Positions 1-12,788 of a stretch of DNA of 64,000 nt are shown one piece after another. A program made the translations under genes and the position numbers. Position 1 is the first letter of the stretch, and each line of letters begins with the position of its first letter. The notes below the pieces were generated by a model, which saw only the letters and a list, made by a program, of their open reading frames with translations, did no database searches and was not told the DNA's origin. This DNA comes from Macrostomum lignano (taxonomy: Eukaryota): contig NIVC01000031.1 of assembly GCA_002269645.1 (NCBI GenBank), positions 620,001 through 684,000 of the forward strand. The letters run 5' to 3'.

Positions 1-5
1 CTCAG

Positions 6-1222
6 AGCGATTCGTCAACCGTTCGTCGACTGTTCATCGCAATGTCGTCGGCTTCGGCGGCCGCGTCGGGGCCCGGAGCACCCAGGCCCGGCTCTCCTGT
101 GGTCGCTATGGACTACAATTGCAACAGAAAGCAGCTGGTGTGGTCAGTGTACGGCCATCCCAGATTGTACGCCGCCAGCACAGCCGATTCTGGCGCAGGC
201 GGGCCCGTCAGCAGCACCTGGGTGCCGTTCGGCGAAGGCCTGGAGAAAGTAGAAGGCCTGGCGGTTGACTGGCAGACTGACAATGTCTATTACACGGCTC
301 AGTATGTCAGCAAGGATGAAGCGACTAGGGGAGCCAGGTTTGGAGAGATCGGCGTGATCGCCTACAGACAGGGAGTCGCTTATAAGAAGGTGCTGTTTCG
401 GGGACCAAAGGACGGCGTTGTTAGACCGCGCGGAATCGCAGTAGATCCGTTTCTCGGGTGAGTGACCTGACCTATTAAGATAACAGACTCACAGTTAATA
501 TGAAATCTTCCTGAGCCATCTGCGTCTGTATTTCTTGCAGAAAAATTTACTACGCGGACTGGGACCGCACGGATCCGCGGGTGATGATGGCCAGCATGAA
601 CGGTGCCAATCACGTCAAGCTGGTCAGCACTGGCGGCCCTCTGCCCAACGACGTTATCAGACGGTTCGACAGTCGCAACGAAGAGGTCTGTTACAGCATG
701 GCCGATTTACCGCCGAACAGTTCGCTCCAGAACTTGTCAGCGGCTCGTCGTAATTCTTCGTCGACACAAGTAGCCGTCCAGTGCCTCTGGCGCCCGGTGC
801 CCGACGTCGCCTACGTGGAGCGATCCAGACCGATCCGCATCGCCTGGTCGGGCGAACCGTTCGGCATGGCGTACGCCGAAGGCGGTGACTTCTACTGGAC
901 CAATTGGTTAACGAATAAAATTGTCGGTCACAATGTCAACCTGAATCGAACGTTCGTTCGCGGACCGTTTGGCAGCTTGGAGAACCTGCTGTTGGGCGTC
1001 GCTGTGGACAGCGCCGCCTGTCCCGCCTCTGGCCAGCAGGTCTCCAGCGGCGAGCATCCCTGCGCTGACAGTCGCGGCTACGGCGACTGCAAGTACATCT
1101 GTTTGGCTGCGCCCAATCAGGGCGTCGAGTGCGTGTGCCCGGACAATGATCCCAAGTGCAACCCGTACATCAACAGGCCGACAGAGGCGAGCCGGGCTGC
1201 TGTGAAGAAAGCGATGATTTAA
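6..1222 (+). CDS. NID: Nidogen/entactin-like protein, 3' part (G3 YWTD beta-propeller + C-terminal EGF); 5' end lies outside the window
   Basis: Exons ~6-457 and 541-1222, joined by a phase-2 intron 458-540 (GG|GTGAGT...TTGCAG), give PRGIAVDPFLG-KIYYADWDRTDPRV. Motifs DYNCNRK, EGLAVDW, DWDRTDP, LPND, FYWTNW and terminal CP..G...C....GDCKYICLAAP....CVCPDN follow the nidogen G3/EGF pattern. No TM segment. AATAAA at 1680. Confidence 0.78.
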
Positions 1223-2085
1223 CAGTTTGTGGACGCTTCGTTGTTAGAGACCTCAACTTGTTCATTGTTTTGACGTTGGTGAAATATTTTGCTGAATTGT
1301 TTCAATAGTTTTTTTCGTACAGTTGCATGACTAGAAATTAGCTATAGTAATTTTGCTGTGCGTTTTGCTATTCGTATTTAGTAGTGTGTACACATGGACA
1401 GCTGAAGTTGAAGAACGCTGCGCTTGAGTTTCTTAGAAATCAGCTCGAGAAATTGAATTTTCTTTCCAAGAAATTCGAGTTGTAGCTTTATTCTGCCTCA
1501 ACTGTCCATGTGTGTTGAAATTTTAGCTAAACAATTTTAACTGTTATATTAAATCATTATTTCAACATTTAATCGGTCATATCGCTAGGCTAATTTTTTT
1601 CTTACATAAAATACATTTGACCAGGTTCTATAGGGTTCCTATTCGCATGTAGTGGTAAGCTGAGACTGATAATGAAAGTAATAAAGTAACGAAATGAACT
1701 CTTTTTTCCGATCACCAGCTTCTGTATTTGCTTTGGCTTAGTGGGCATATTATGACAAGAAGTCCAATTCATCGACTGCGATTGTTTGCACTTGATCTAT
1801 GCGTTGCTTTGGAAACCATATGCACAAGGCTCAGCTAGCCATCTGACTGCATGCCTGCTTGTAATGGGGAACACGAGCTATTTACTATATAGAGAGCGCA
1901 ACTGTCAGGTAGACAAATAGACTCAGGATCTCTGTGATTACGAGATTTCGTCGTTAATAATTAGTAGATCCACAAACTATGCAGCCAATAGCAGTTGGGG
2001 TTAGGCTTGGGTGTTGGGGAATATAATAGAAGCAAATTGGAAACATTTTCTGCTCCTGCTAGCGAGGCAGAAAGCGAGAATAGCA

Positions 2086-4438
2086 ATGATTCCGCACTTC
2101 TATGAGACCGAGTTCCGGTTCGAGCCACAGCTGTCAACTCTGCTGACTGACTGCCTCAAGTCCGACGATGCACACCAAATGCTTGAGGTACTCTACGACG
2201 CTGGGCTTGGCAGCAAGCACCTTAGCGGTCACCTGTCAGTTAGCAATGAACAACAATTTGCAGTTCGCTGCTTGAACCGATCTTCTTCCAGTCTAGTAAC
2301 TTCATCATCTGATGAAGTTAGTTTTAGTAGAATCGCTCACCTGTGCACGCTGACGCAGAGCAGTCAGGTGTTGAAGTTCATAGCGGCTCAGCATCCGAAC
2401 CTGCTGATGATGCAGGACGACTCTGGCTCCGGCCTGTTGCACTGCATGGCTAAAGCAAAGGCGCTGCTGACAATTTCGACAAAAGACGGGGACTATCGGC
2501 TTGCTAGAGAATATGACGATTTTCAAACTCGGGTGTTCTCCATTCTGAGCAGTACATGTACACTCGAAAGTCCCAGTTCGGAGCAGCGGTGAGTTAAGCT
2601 ATCGCAATGGACAATCTTTTTGAGGACTCTGTGCCTGGAAAGGACAGGGACTATACGATATTTTTCTGACTTTCTGAGCAGTCTGCAGCTTGTACGAGGA
2701 GATTACTGATCTCATAAAAATGATTGATTCTAGTCCCTATTGCTCCTGTATCACGCCATTAATAAAGCTAGCATACGTTGTTATACATTGCGAAACGATG
2801 TCTATAAAGTCCTGGTCGTGACTCCGTTGACTTAATCAACTAATTAACCACGCAATAACTCAGCTTTTATATGGTAACGCTTCTTTGCTTCTCCATATCG
2901 TTACTGAGCTTTTTAGCTGAGTCGCAAATCCTATTCATTGCAGATCGACGTCAAACATGCTTCAGTCACTCTGCCTAATGGAAAACTCTGACGGACTGAG
3001 GCCGCTGGAGTATTCTATCCTAATTGGAGCTTATTCCACGTTCAACCTCATCATACACGTGGAGGGATACATTCTCACCAAGCAGGTGAGCCACGGCGTT
3101 CGAGTTCGCAGCACCTTCAACGTGCAGGATTACGATCTGTTGACCGGAGAGCGAAGGGACAAGCATCCCATGCTCATGCTGACTCTGGTCACAACGGAGC
3201 AGGCGGATCCTCTGGCCAGGTCAGCTTTCCTAGAGTCCCCGGTCATTAAAAAATGGACTGAAACCCTCGCTAAAGAAGTGGCCAGCATTATTCCACTCCT
3301 CTGCAGTTTCCAACCAGCCATGGGAAACCTTATCGGCACATACTCGCTTACAACCACATTTTCAGTATCGATCATACAGTCAAGCTACCACCTGGAGACG
3401 GGATTTTACGAATACGGCAACCTACTGAAGTCGATACTATTGAACAATAGCACAGCTAATGGCACGGAAGCCCTCGTTTCGGAGGTGCCCAAGAACTGCT
3501 CAGCAGACAATGTGCTCCATTACCTGCTGGATAAAGAGAATCCGAAGAATATGATTGTGGCATACCAGTCGCCACTGTCTTTCCAGATTGTTAGACGCAG
3601 GGAAATTATTGAAAGGATGGACATTGCCTTGCCCATTATGTACTTCTGCCTGTGCACCCAACTGCTGGTGATCTTCTACAATTTTATCAAAGATCGACAG
3701 TTCTTTTCTAGGAAATGGATGCCCACTAGAAAAAAGTTTCTGGTGCACTCAAATTTTTACCTTGGAGCTTATTTTCTCAGCTTCTGCTTCGGCCTAGTCT
3801 ACTGCGCTGTGTCGTCACAAATCAGGGGCAGTTTAGACTGCTCCGACTTTGTTCTGGGTGTCACCAATGAGAATTTGCGCTTGTCAGGCCTGGCCAACGT
3901 GGCAGAGTGCGCTGCGGTGCTTTACGCCTTCTTTGACATTCTGTCAGTGATCGAATCGTACGAGTTAGTTTCTAAACCTTTCGCCTTTCTGGCTGTCTGC
4001 TTTCGCAAGATGTTGTCCAAATTTCTGTTAGTGCTGCCGTTGCTCTTTGGCTGGGGCTACCTGATCCTTGGCTCAATTTTCTACCTGGCCGATTTCTCCG
4101 GCCAAGAGTTCAAAAATCCGCGAGATGTACTCTATTCGCCGTTAAAAGTCTTGATTAACGTAGCTAACCTAACGCATAAGCCGTCAATCTGTGTGCTGCA
4201 CACAATTTTCGTCATGGCTGTCAGCATCAACATTGCCAACTTCGTTATTGCGTTTATATCGAACGCTTTCAACGACGTGTCGAACAAATTCGACACCCTG
4301 TACCCCTTGATCGCTTTGGATCGCGGTTTCCGAGCTGTGAGACTCTATCCGTTTCTGCTGCGCTTCTTCAGGTCGGCTGGCCGAACAGCGCACGATGACG
4401 ACGGAGTTATAAGAACTTGGCAGCTGAAGATGCTCTGA
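2086..4438 (+). CDS. Divergent ankyrin-repeat 6-TM TRP cation channel (TRPV/TRPA-like), ~665 aa
   Basis: Exons 2086-2588 and 2944-4438, phase-2 intron (CG|GTGAGT...TTGCAG) keeps frame. Ankyrin-like QDDSGSGLLHCMA and ENSDGLRPLEYSILIG, pre-S1 FLESPVIKKW, six hydrophobic segments, S6 ANFVIAFISNAFNDV. AATAAA at 4700. The true start could lie on an upstream exon (acceptor-like sequence at 2062/2070). Confidence 0.75.
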
Positions 4439-6121
4439 GGACGTCACGCTCTATCGCCCCGAATCTGATTGGTCGCGGTAGCTTCACCTCGGACTGCATT
4501 CTCGAAGCCTCAGTTGACATCCCATCGACAACCCTGCAAATTTTTACCTCTATATTAAATGTTCATATTTACAACAGTCCTAACATAGTCAAAGTCTTAT
4601 ATAAACCGAAACTATCTACGAATATTGTGTCAACTCTGTAATATATTTAGCTTCAATCGGTTTGAACTGCACTTTGCACTGTTGTTTAACCATTTGCCCA
4701 ATAAAACTGTTCTCTCATATCTTTACGTCGTATTGACGTCTTGACAATAATTGAAGGAGTGCTGTGGGTATTCCGGCGTAACGCCTTCGACAAAATCGTC
4801 TCAAAAGCAGAGCGCTGATGCAATTCTGCCCGCTCACAGGGGTGTACAGCGACCTGACTTTCTAATTGTCCTGCATGTGCACTCTCCTTTCTACTAATAG
4901 TAGTACAATAGGAACTTAGACTTTTGGCTTGGAAAGTTATGGACTCATCTTCATATGGAATTTCGATGCAAATTTTTTCATCGAGATCAGCGAGGCTTGC
5001 TTTCACTTGCCTTTCACAATTTTTTTCTCACAGCCCATGCTGGACAACGGGGTAACGTGTGAAAGTTCTAAAATGTCAAAAGCTGACTGTGGAAAAACAG
5101 AAAAGATATGGGATTACTGTGCTGTCGCAAGAATGCAGAAATACTTGAGGAATTTAAGTATCCTATGCGTTGTATCTCGCCGCGACTGCTGGCAACACTA
5201 AGCCGGACTTTTACTATAGTTTTTGATTGACAGCTAGCTCGATAATTCTCGGCTGGATACCTTCCCAGCTTCTATCCCCGATGAAAAAAATAAATAGTTC
5301 AAAAGAGTGAGTTCCCAACTTTAGCAAATAAAAAGGTAGGCCATGGGAACTTCTAGAATGGAAAGGATTGAAGCTTGGATTCCTCACAGTGATACATAAT
5401 ACATAAGCAACAGCTCAATGCTGGGGGCTGACTATATATATATATATACGGAGATGTCGTGCTCTGCATCCTAAACTAAGCTTATTCGCTATCGCAGGAC
5501 TTTAGAGACGATTGCAGTGTCATCAGTTGAGACCCAAGCTTTAAGCTGCATGGCTCAGAGTTGAAATTCACGCAAACCATCATCCAGGGGAGTTGGATGG
5601 TAATGATGGCCGATGGGTTGGCAACCGAGAGAGGACGTAAGCTGTGCATAAAAAATCACTTGGGATATATAGCTTCACTGTGAATATATTTTACTATTTA
5701 TATAAAATTCTGCGTGCGCCTTTGTGGTGCGCGGTTGCACGAGATGGTTAGAAAGAAAGGCCTGCTCAAGGCATTTAGGGCATTCTATATAGACTCTGAG
5801 CACACAACCGTTTGGCCGAGTGGACAATCCTGCCGTCAGACATTCTATCTGCCCTTGCTATGCGGATACAATAGCTACTACACTGGTTCTTTCGTCAGCC
5901 TAAACTTTGGGAATTGCGCCGCGTATTGCCACGTAGTAGGAAGGAAGGAAGGGGAGGCGCCCAAGGCCGCTGGGCGGGGCCTTTTTCACTGGGTGAGTCG
6001 GGATCGCAAATGGGACCAACAGCGGCGGTTGCTGGGACGCTAGGAAGAACAGAGAAGTAGTGACCAGTGAACCGGAAGCTTCCTGGGCTTCCTCATCAAC
6101 CATGCAACACCCACCTCCTCT

Positions 6122-6179
<58 letters not shown>

Positions 6180-6573
6180 GCTCAATTCTCAGTCCCCAAT
6201 CGGTTTTTCATTCAATTCACCGCTACAGCGCATCTTCATCTGTTTCCACTATCGTTCTCTCCCAACCCCAGGCTCCGACCGCACGTCGAAACCGCGGACT
6301 CAAGATGCGATTGAAAGAATTTATAAAAGAAGAGAGAAAAAAGGCTCTGCTGATGAAGAAGAGATGAGTATAAATAGAGTGCAAACGGTAGATGAGGGCA
6401 GGTTTTCATGCCTATCCCAATGAGGGAAAGAAAGGGAGGAGCCACCGTGAGAGGTGGCAAAAAAGTTCATCGTCCACCCAACCAATGGAAGATGTGCGCA
6501 GCCAACCAGCCTTCAGCTTTGAAGCCCCCGAAATATTTTTATTTGCCTCATTTCTTTTGACACCTCGCGCCGT

Positions 6574-6615
<42 letters not shown>

Positions 6616-6926
6616 CAGAATAGGACCGTGATCGCGCTCGGGCCTCCTAATATTCACTCGATATCTAACTCTACTAATCTTTTATCGCCTGCAGTCACGC
6701 GATACTTGATCTGTTTTTGATCAGCGGACTGTCCTCTTCGTTATTGCTATCCGTCTCTCTCTCTCTCTAGCGAGGAGACAGCGCCACGTGTCAAATGGCA
6801 GCGAGGCGGAACGATAAAAGAATCCTCCGTCTCAACTCAACTCACCTTTGAGCGACGCGAGCAATTATTTTAACGAAAAAGGACAAGCCTCAAGTGCTCG
6901 ACTAGAGATAGTTTTGTGCTTCGAAG

Positions 6927-8026
6927 ATGAGGCCAATGCAAAAATTTCCACTGTTGCTGCTCTCGCTGCTTGTACTTGGCTACGTCCTGGCAGCAGCTTC
7001 AGTGTCATCTGCCCGACCGCCTGAAGCTTCGCCAAAGTTCCGCTACAATCATCTAGACCTGGCCACCCTGCCCGCTATCCACGAACCGTCGGTTGCAGCC
7101 TCATCTTCAGACAGTAAGCAGCTGACCCTCATGCAAGTGACCGACTGCCTTCAACGCCTAGAATCCGACTGCAAGCGAGCAGGCTTCGACGATCTGTTTC
7201 GCGTGTCTGGACTAGACAAAGACAGCTCCGCTTCTACCGAGGGGATGCAGCCGGAGCTGGAGACTCGGCTAGAAAACCTCTTACGCCTGGCCCTGTTTCA
7301 GGCGCATCGCAGCGACCGGCCAAATGAGCGACTCGCCGTCTGCTTGCTAGTCCAGACGCCAGACATCTTCGACCAGTGGCGACCCCGATCCGATCCGATC
7401 TGTCTCACACTTCTCGGCGCAAACTTTCGATCGGAAACCAGTACACCGAGAGCGCAGAGCATTCTGTGCTCACCCGGCCAAACTGCCTACAGTCGCGTGT
7501 TTGCCGTCTGCAGTCGGCCAGCCGGCGTTGATGAGGAGATTCCACGGTCAACGGAGCCCGTGGTTGTTAGTGGCCAACAGCAGAGGCCGAGACGACCAGT
7601 CAAAGGTCTGGCTGCCACAACGACTGAAACTGGAAGTATCAGTCGCATAGTGTGCGCCTTAGTTTGGGCGCTGACAATAGCCCTATCGATCGTTGCCATG
7701 CTAGTAGCCGGAGCTCTGTTAAACGCGGAGCTACGAAGACGACGCGTTTGGGCAGCGGCATGGGCGTCGGCATCAGCGAGAACGTCGTAGCTCCCACAGG
7801 CGACGAGGTCTCGTCCAAGGGCTCCCTGATTGTCGTGACTGCCACGGCCGCCGAAGTCGCGGGCATGTCCTCTTCAGTCAGGCTTCGTGACTTCGATGAC
7901 ATCGACTATGACGACTGTCCCGCGGCTAGTAGCGTCGACGAGGACTACAACGATGACGAAATTCAAACTCAAGAGAGCGACCCGTGCGGGGCTCTGCAGA
8001 GTAGCTCTATCGAGAGCCGGTTGTAA
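6927..8026 (+). CDS. Type I membrane protein (signal peptide, 6-Cys ectodomain possibly C-type-lectin-like, TM, acidic tail) interrupted by a frameshift at ~7747-7749
   Basis: ORF 6927-7790 has signal MQKFPLLLLSLLVLGYVLAAA, TM IVCALVWALTIALSIVAMLVAGALL and stop-transfer RRRR. The -1 frame continues with GC3-rich codons LGSGMGVGISENVV...DDIDYDD...IESRL*. One extra T in GTTTG gives a single ~366-aa protein. The lectin-like assignment rests on Cys spacing only. Confidence 0.65.
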
Positions 8027-9393
8027 CAGCTGAACTAGATTAACTCGGCAATTATAGTTTAAACGTGAAGAAAACTCGCTGGAAGAGGGAAGTAAACTTT
8101 GATGGTAATTCGGGAATTGCTATTTAGGTAGCTGGTATCGCACTGAAACACCAGCTAACTGATTAGCAAGTATAGACCTATGTATGCTGTTAGCTAGTTA
8201 ATCTTTCTGTCACTTCTGCGAACTAGCATCAGTCTATCTTAATCACACATACAGGCAGTAACCTGTGGAGTTACGCTTATATAAAACAGACAACACCTTG
8301 AAATTCATTTGATAGTACAGGTACAGGAAACTGAGTTTCTCTCTCTTTCCACGCATGCGTCCCGATTGCTTTAATATTTCTCGCATTCATTTGTTCAGTC
8401 ACTCAGATTTCTTTATTAATAATGGGTTGCATGCTACTCAATTTACAAATCCCCTTACTTTACCCCACCCCCAAAATCATTTGAGCAAGCCTGAGCTCAA
8501 GCGTTGTTAAGACAAAATCCCGTCGTGTTTGCATGAATACAACCAACCTGCGAGAGCTATCATTTTAATAAGCACCGACTCTAAGTAACTATAACTAATC
8601 TGTACAGTTGTCTTTTCTTACCTGGTAAAGTCATCAAGCAATACTAAATAAGGATGCAAAGATAATAATAATCAGGTTCGAACGAAAACGTCAATCTTTT
8701 TTGAGTCCCTTTTTTACGTGCTTAAAATGCATGTCGCTCCAGAAACCTTAGAAAAAAAATATGCCGCGTAAAACGAGGCTGGCCGAATCTATAATTTAAC
8801 CATGCATTATTAAACCGGACACGCGACCAATTACTAGCTAACAGAATCAGCTTTCCACAATTAGCCCAATTTGCCTGCAAATCTGCGCCTACGATGAAAG
8901 CGCGGCTGAAAAACAGGTGGAAAAATTCCATAATCGGGCGCGAGTCGAGGATATTCAGCGGTGCAAGAAGTGGACAACACTGGGCTTCGTGACTGGAGCA
9001 CAGGATAATTAAATCGCCCTGTTTGTCGGCCTCTGTGGAGGGACTTCCTCCTCGGGGGAAGTGAAAAGCAATTAGCGACTTTACCCAATCCTCAGATTGC
9101 AGAGCGAATCATCTCTGGGTGAGTTAATCATCCCAGATAATTAATTGGCAACGCGCTACACCTTTGCTTCTGTTGCCCGATGTAGAAGCAACAACGCGCT
9201 TCGTGTGCCGTTCAAAGGAACCTCCGAAAGACACAATAAATTCAAAGAGCTGTTCGATTGTTGTGAGCACACACAGGCAGGGGTGTGTTACCCATCAGTT
9301 AAAGCCGCAAAGGCTTAAGGCTTATATATATACAGGAGCAAATACTTGCCGTCAGGAACCCAGCTCTCACTCATCCTCCTTCAAAGCGCGAGA

Positions 9394-11999
9394 ATGGTGG
9401 CTAACGAGGCCGATCAGCAGCAGCATCGCGCTGACAGCGCCCAGTCATACGTCTCGTCATCGTCCACCGCGAGCCAGGGCACAACCACGGCGCTGAAAAA
9501 TATTGAAAAATTAGGCAAAAAGCATCGACGCAGTGCCTCTCGCAGCAGCAGTAGTAGCGCCGACAGAGGCTGTCTAGGTCGATTGTGCCATGGCAACCCG
9601 CTGACTCGCAGCGGCAAGCGCAAGCAGATGGCCAAGATCATGATCCTCATCCTTGTACCAATCATCGCTCTAGGCTGCATCACCATCAGCGAAATGACCG
9701 CTGTGAGTCAGCGGAACGATCTGAACGCGGCCGTACGACAGTCCATGCGATTCGTGATGGAGACTGGCCAGGTTATTCACGCGCTTCAACGGGAAAGAGA
9801 CATGACGGCGCTGTTTTGCGGCAGCGGCAGCTCCGAGACCCGCATGATCATGACCGATCGGTACCCGGAGACGGACAGAGCTCTGCTGCAGTTGTCGGTA
9901 TGGCCAAGCCAGTATTCCTTATCCCTAAGACAAGAGCTGCAACAGAAGCAGTTGTTGCACCACAAGGACACATTTCGTAGTCGGGAAAATTTCATGGAAG
10001 AATTAAGCAAGCATAGAAGAGAATTAGACCACTTCAAAACCAGCCTGTACCGGGAAATCAGGTTCTATTCCGAACTGACACAGGTGTTCATTGATTGGGT
10101 TTACACTGCTATTCAAAAGTCCCGGGATGGCTCACTCTGGCGAAAGATGGTTGCTTATGTTATGCTTGTTATCTGCAAAGAGAACATGGGCGTTGAACGC
10201 TCTCTTGGAGCTGTTTTCTTCTCAAATGGGAGCTTCCGCGGCCATGCTGACTATCAATGGTACCTGCAGAAGCACTTTGTCAGTACCAGCAACCGGAAAG
10301 CCGCTAGTCTCTACTCGGAAGAGGTGACCATCAATCTGGCTAGGGCGCTAAATAAATCAAGTCATCCGGTGGAGAAAAGCCTGACGGTCATGAGAGCGGA
10401 GATTCTATACAAGAATTTGACAAGAAAATCTAGCGTATTGTCGACGAAATGGTTCGACAATATGACAATCTACATGGATGCTATTCTGGAAGTGCAATTG
10501 AGGCTTGTAGAATCTGTGATTCTGGATCTGAAAGATTCGGCCAGGGACGATATAGCAGATCTGTCCGTGACAATCAGCTTTCTGTGCATCACCATCTTGG
10601 TTTGTCCATTGATCGTTATTACCATCCAGGCTGTGATGTCGGATGTTCAGTCCTACGCTTTAACCCTGGCAACGCAGACGAATCATCTCAACAACGAGCG
10701 TCAGCGAACGAACGAGCTGCTCTACCAAATGATCCCTCGAAGCGTTGCTGAGCAGCTTAAGCGTGGAAAAAACATTGCAGCTGAAAGTTTCGACCAATCT
10801 ACGATATTCTTCAGCGATCTGATTGGCTTCGCTGCTTTAGTATCGGAGAGCGCGCCAATTCAAATAGTTGACATGCTCAACGCTGTTTACAGTTGCTTTG
10901 ACTCCAGAATATGCCTCTACAATGTGTACAAGGTTGAAACAATTGGCGATTCCTACATGGTGGCTAGTGGTAGGTTTGACTGAACTTTATTTGGCGTAAA
11001 AGTTTGAGTATACTCCCCGAAACAACTTTTAGTTGTACTCACTACATGTATAATTAATTACCGCAGGCGTTCCAACTCGTATCGGAAATCGACACACTGA
11101 CGAGATCTGTCGCATGGGCCTCGACCTGCTGCACCACACTGGCCACATCGAGATCAAGCACATGCCCGGACACAAGCTGCAGCTTCGAGGCGGAATGCAC
11201 TCGGGCAAGTTTCATCTCATTGAGATGCTTCAGACTGGAAAATTTTAGCGTTGAAATTTGATTGCTACATACTTTTTTGCAGGTCCGGTAGTCGCAGGAG
11301 TGGTTGGTTCTAAAATGCCTCGCTACTGTTTGTTCGGTGACACTGTTAATACTTCAAGCCGAATGGAAACCAATGGCCGAGGTAAGTGCTGTAGGACTTA
11401 ACTTTCGTAAGCAACTTCGAGTAACATATTTCGTTATTCCTAATCCCTCTTAAAGGCAACGCAATCCAGATGACGGAAGCAGCCAGGAATTACATCATCA
11501 ACGATTCCAGCTATGTTATCAAGGAGCGCGGGATTATTGAAGTGAAGGTGAATTTTCGAGCCGATTTCTTTCTGAGAAATTCAATTTTTCTCTATTAATT
11601 TTTTTCTATTGATCCCAGGGCAAAACCAGGATGACTACTTATTGGCTGCTCAACAAGCTCGGCTTTGAGGACTCGCTTCCCTGCATGCCCGGCTGTCCAT
11701 CGTCGCTGCAGTCGATTACTGATCAGCACAAGTTCGACGAGATGTCGGCTGAAAATTGCGGCTCTCATAGCGGAAAATTCGCCATAGCCGAGGAAATCCC
11801 AACCAGCCGAGTTGAGTCCTGCTCCAATCCAGTCGGTGGGCATCAGGTTTCCATGAGCGCGGCAGGTGGCAGCGGCATGCCGCCAGTTGAAACAGTTGGA
11901 CGTGATAGTTCGGCTACGAGCAACGGAGGCTCGAACAACAACACAACCTCGTCGCCAAGTCGCAAGGACATCGATGTTAACTCCGTTGAAAAGAAATAA
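9394..11999 (+). CDS. NIT-domain receptor guanylyl cyclase (NIT-GC), ~761 aa
   Basis: Exons 9394-10969, 11067-11204, 11283-11381, 11456-11547, 11619-11999, all phase-consistent. TM1, NIT motifs IHALQRERD and [11 protein letters not shown]2, coiled coil [14 protein letters not shown], cyclase motifs [36 protein letters not shown] (E/C = GTP specificity). AATAAA at 12437. Confidence 0.93.
11205..11282 (+). other. Non-canonical GC-AG intron in the NIT-GC gene
   Basis: Exon ends MHS-G at TCGG|GCAAGT; acceptor TTTTTTGCAG|GTCCG restores [11 protein letters not shown]. Retention gives an in-frame TAG. Confidence 0.85.
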
Positions 12000-12788
12000 C
12001 TTGAAGAGAATTGCGATCGGTGGCCGAACGCGAAGAGTCAATAGTAACAGCTTGATTGGAAACCACATGTAATAACACGTGGAATGTTCTCTCATTGACA
12101 GAAAGCGCAATTTGAATTTAGCAAAATTCAGCGCACTAGGCGAAATATGAGTAGTTTGATATAGCGCCTTTGACGTCTGTGACGTCATTCATTAGTCCGT
12201 GGAGAAAGAGAGAGACGCTTTTTACCGTTCGTATCGTATTTCGTTCGTAGATTTGCTTTTAGAATCAGATTTTAATTAGAAATACTTTGGATGCACTGAT
12301 CTTGCTTTGCTTTTAGTGTCATAATTGCTTTTAAAAATTGAACTTATTTTTTATATATTGGCTTTTGTGGCATCACGCTTAGCAGTTTAGGCAATTCTGT
12401 AAATGTAGTCTTACATTCAGTTTTTAACTTTGCTTCAATAAAAGCTTACTTGCTTTGGCAGTTTACGCTCGTCAATCGGAAAAATTGATAGAAATTTGGG
12501 TCTGCAAACGAAGCTACTACTAACAGTAGTTAAGTATTTATGATGCAGATGCGCAGCCGTTTCACAGATACTACACTTCATGTACTTTTGATTAAAAATC
12601 GTCTAAAGACAAACAGTTTCATATCTTTCGTAAACCATAGTTGTGTATTCGGGAATATTCCCAGTTGATGGTTTATTTTTGGTCAGTATAGTTCCTTTGA
12701 CAAGTAAATCTTACCGATAGTAATCTCGACCGTAAAGAGTGCTTTCATTGTTCAATTTCCTTAGTTTGCAAGTTTTATTTTCGACAAA

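Noticed and set aside
4417-4641. Possible frameshifted or read-through extension of the TRP C-terminus
   Set aside because: Read-through stops again after 9 codons, and the alternative frames carry no TRP motif.
4686-5006. 106-aa minus-strand ORF overlapping the TRP poly(A) region
   Set aside because: GTG start, no recognisable motif and no convincing splice sites; cannot be supported as a gene.
11595-12188. 197-aa antisense ORF over the NIT-GC last exon (and similar antisense ORFs over the other genes)
   Set aside because: Shadow frames of real coding sequence, with no independent features.
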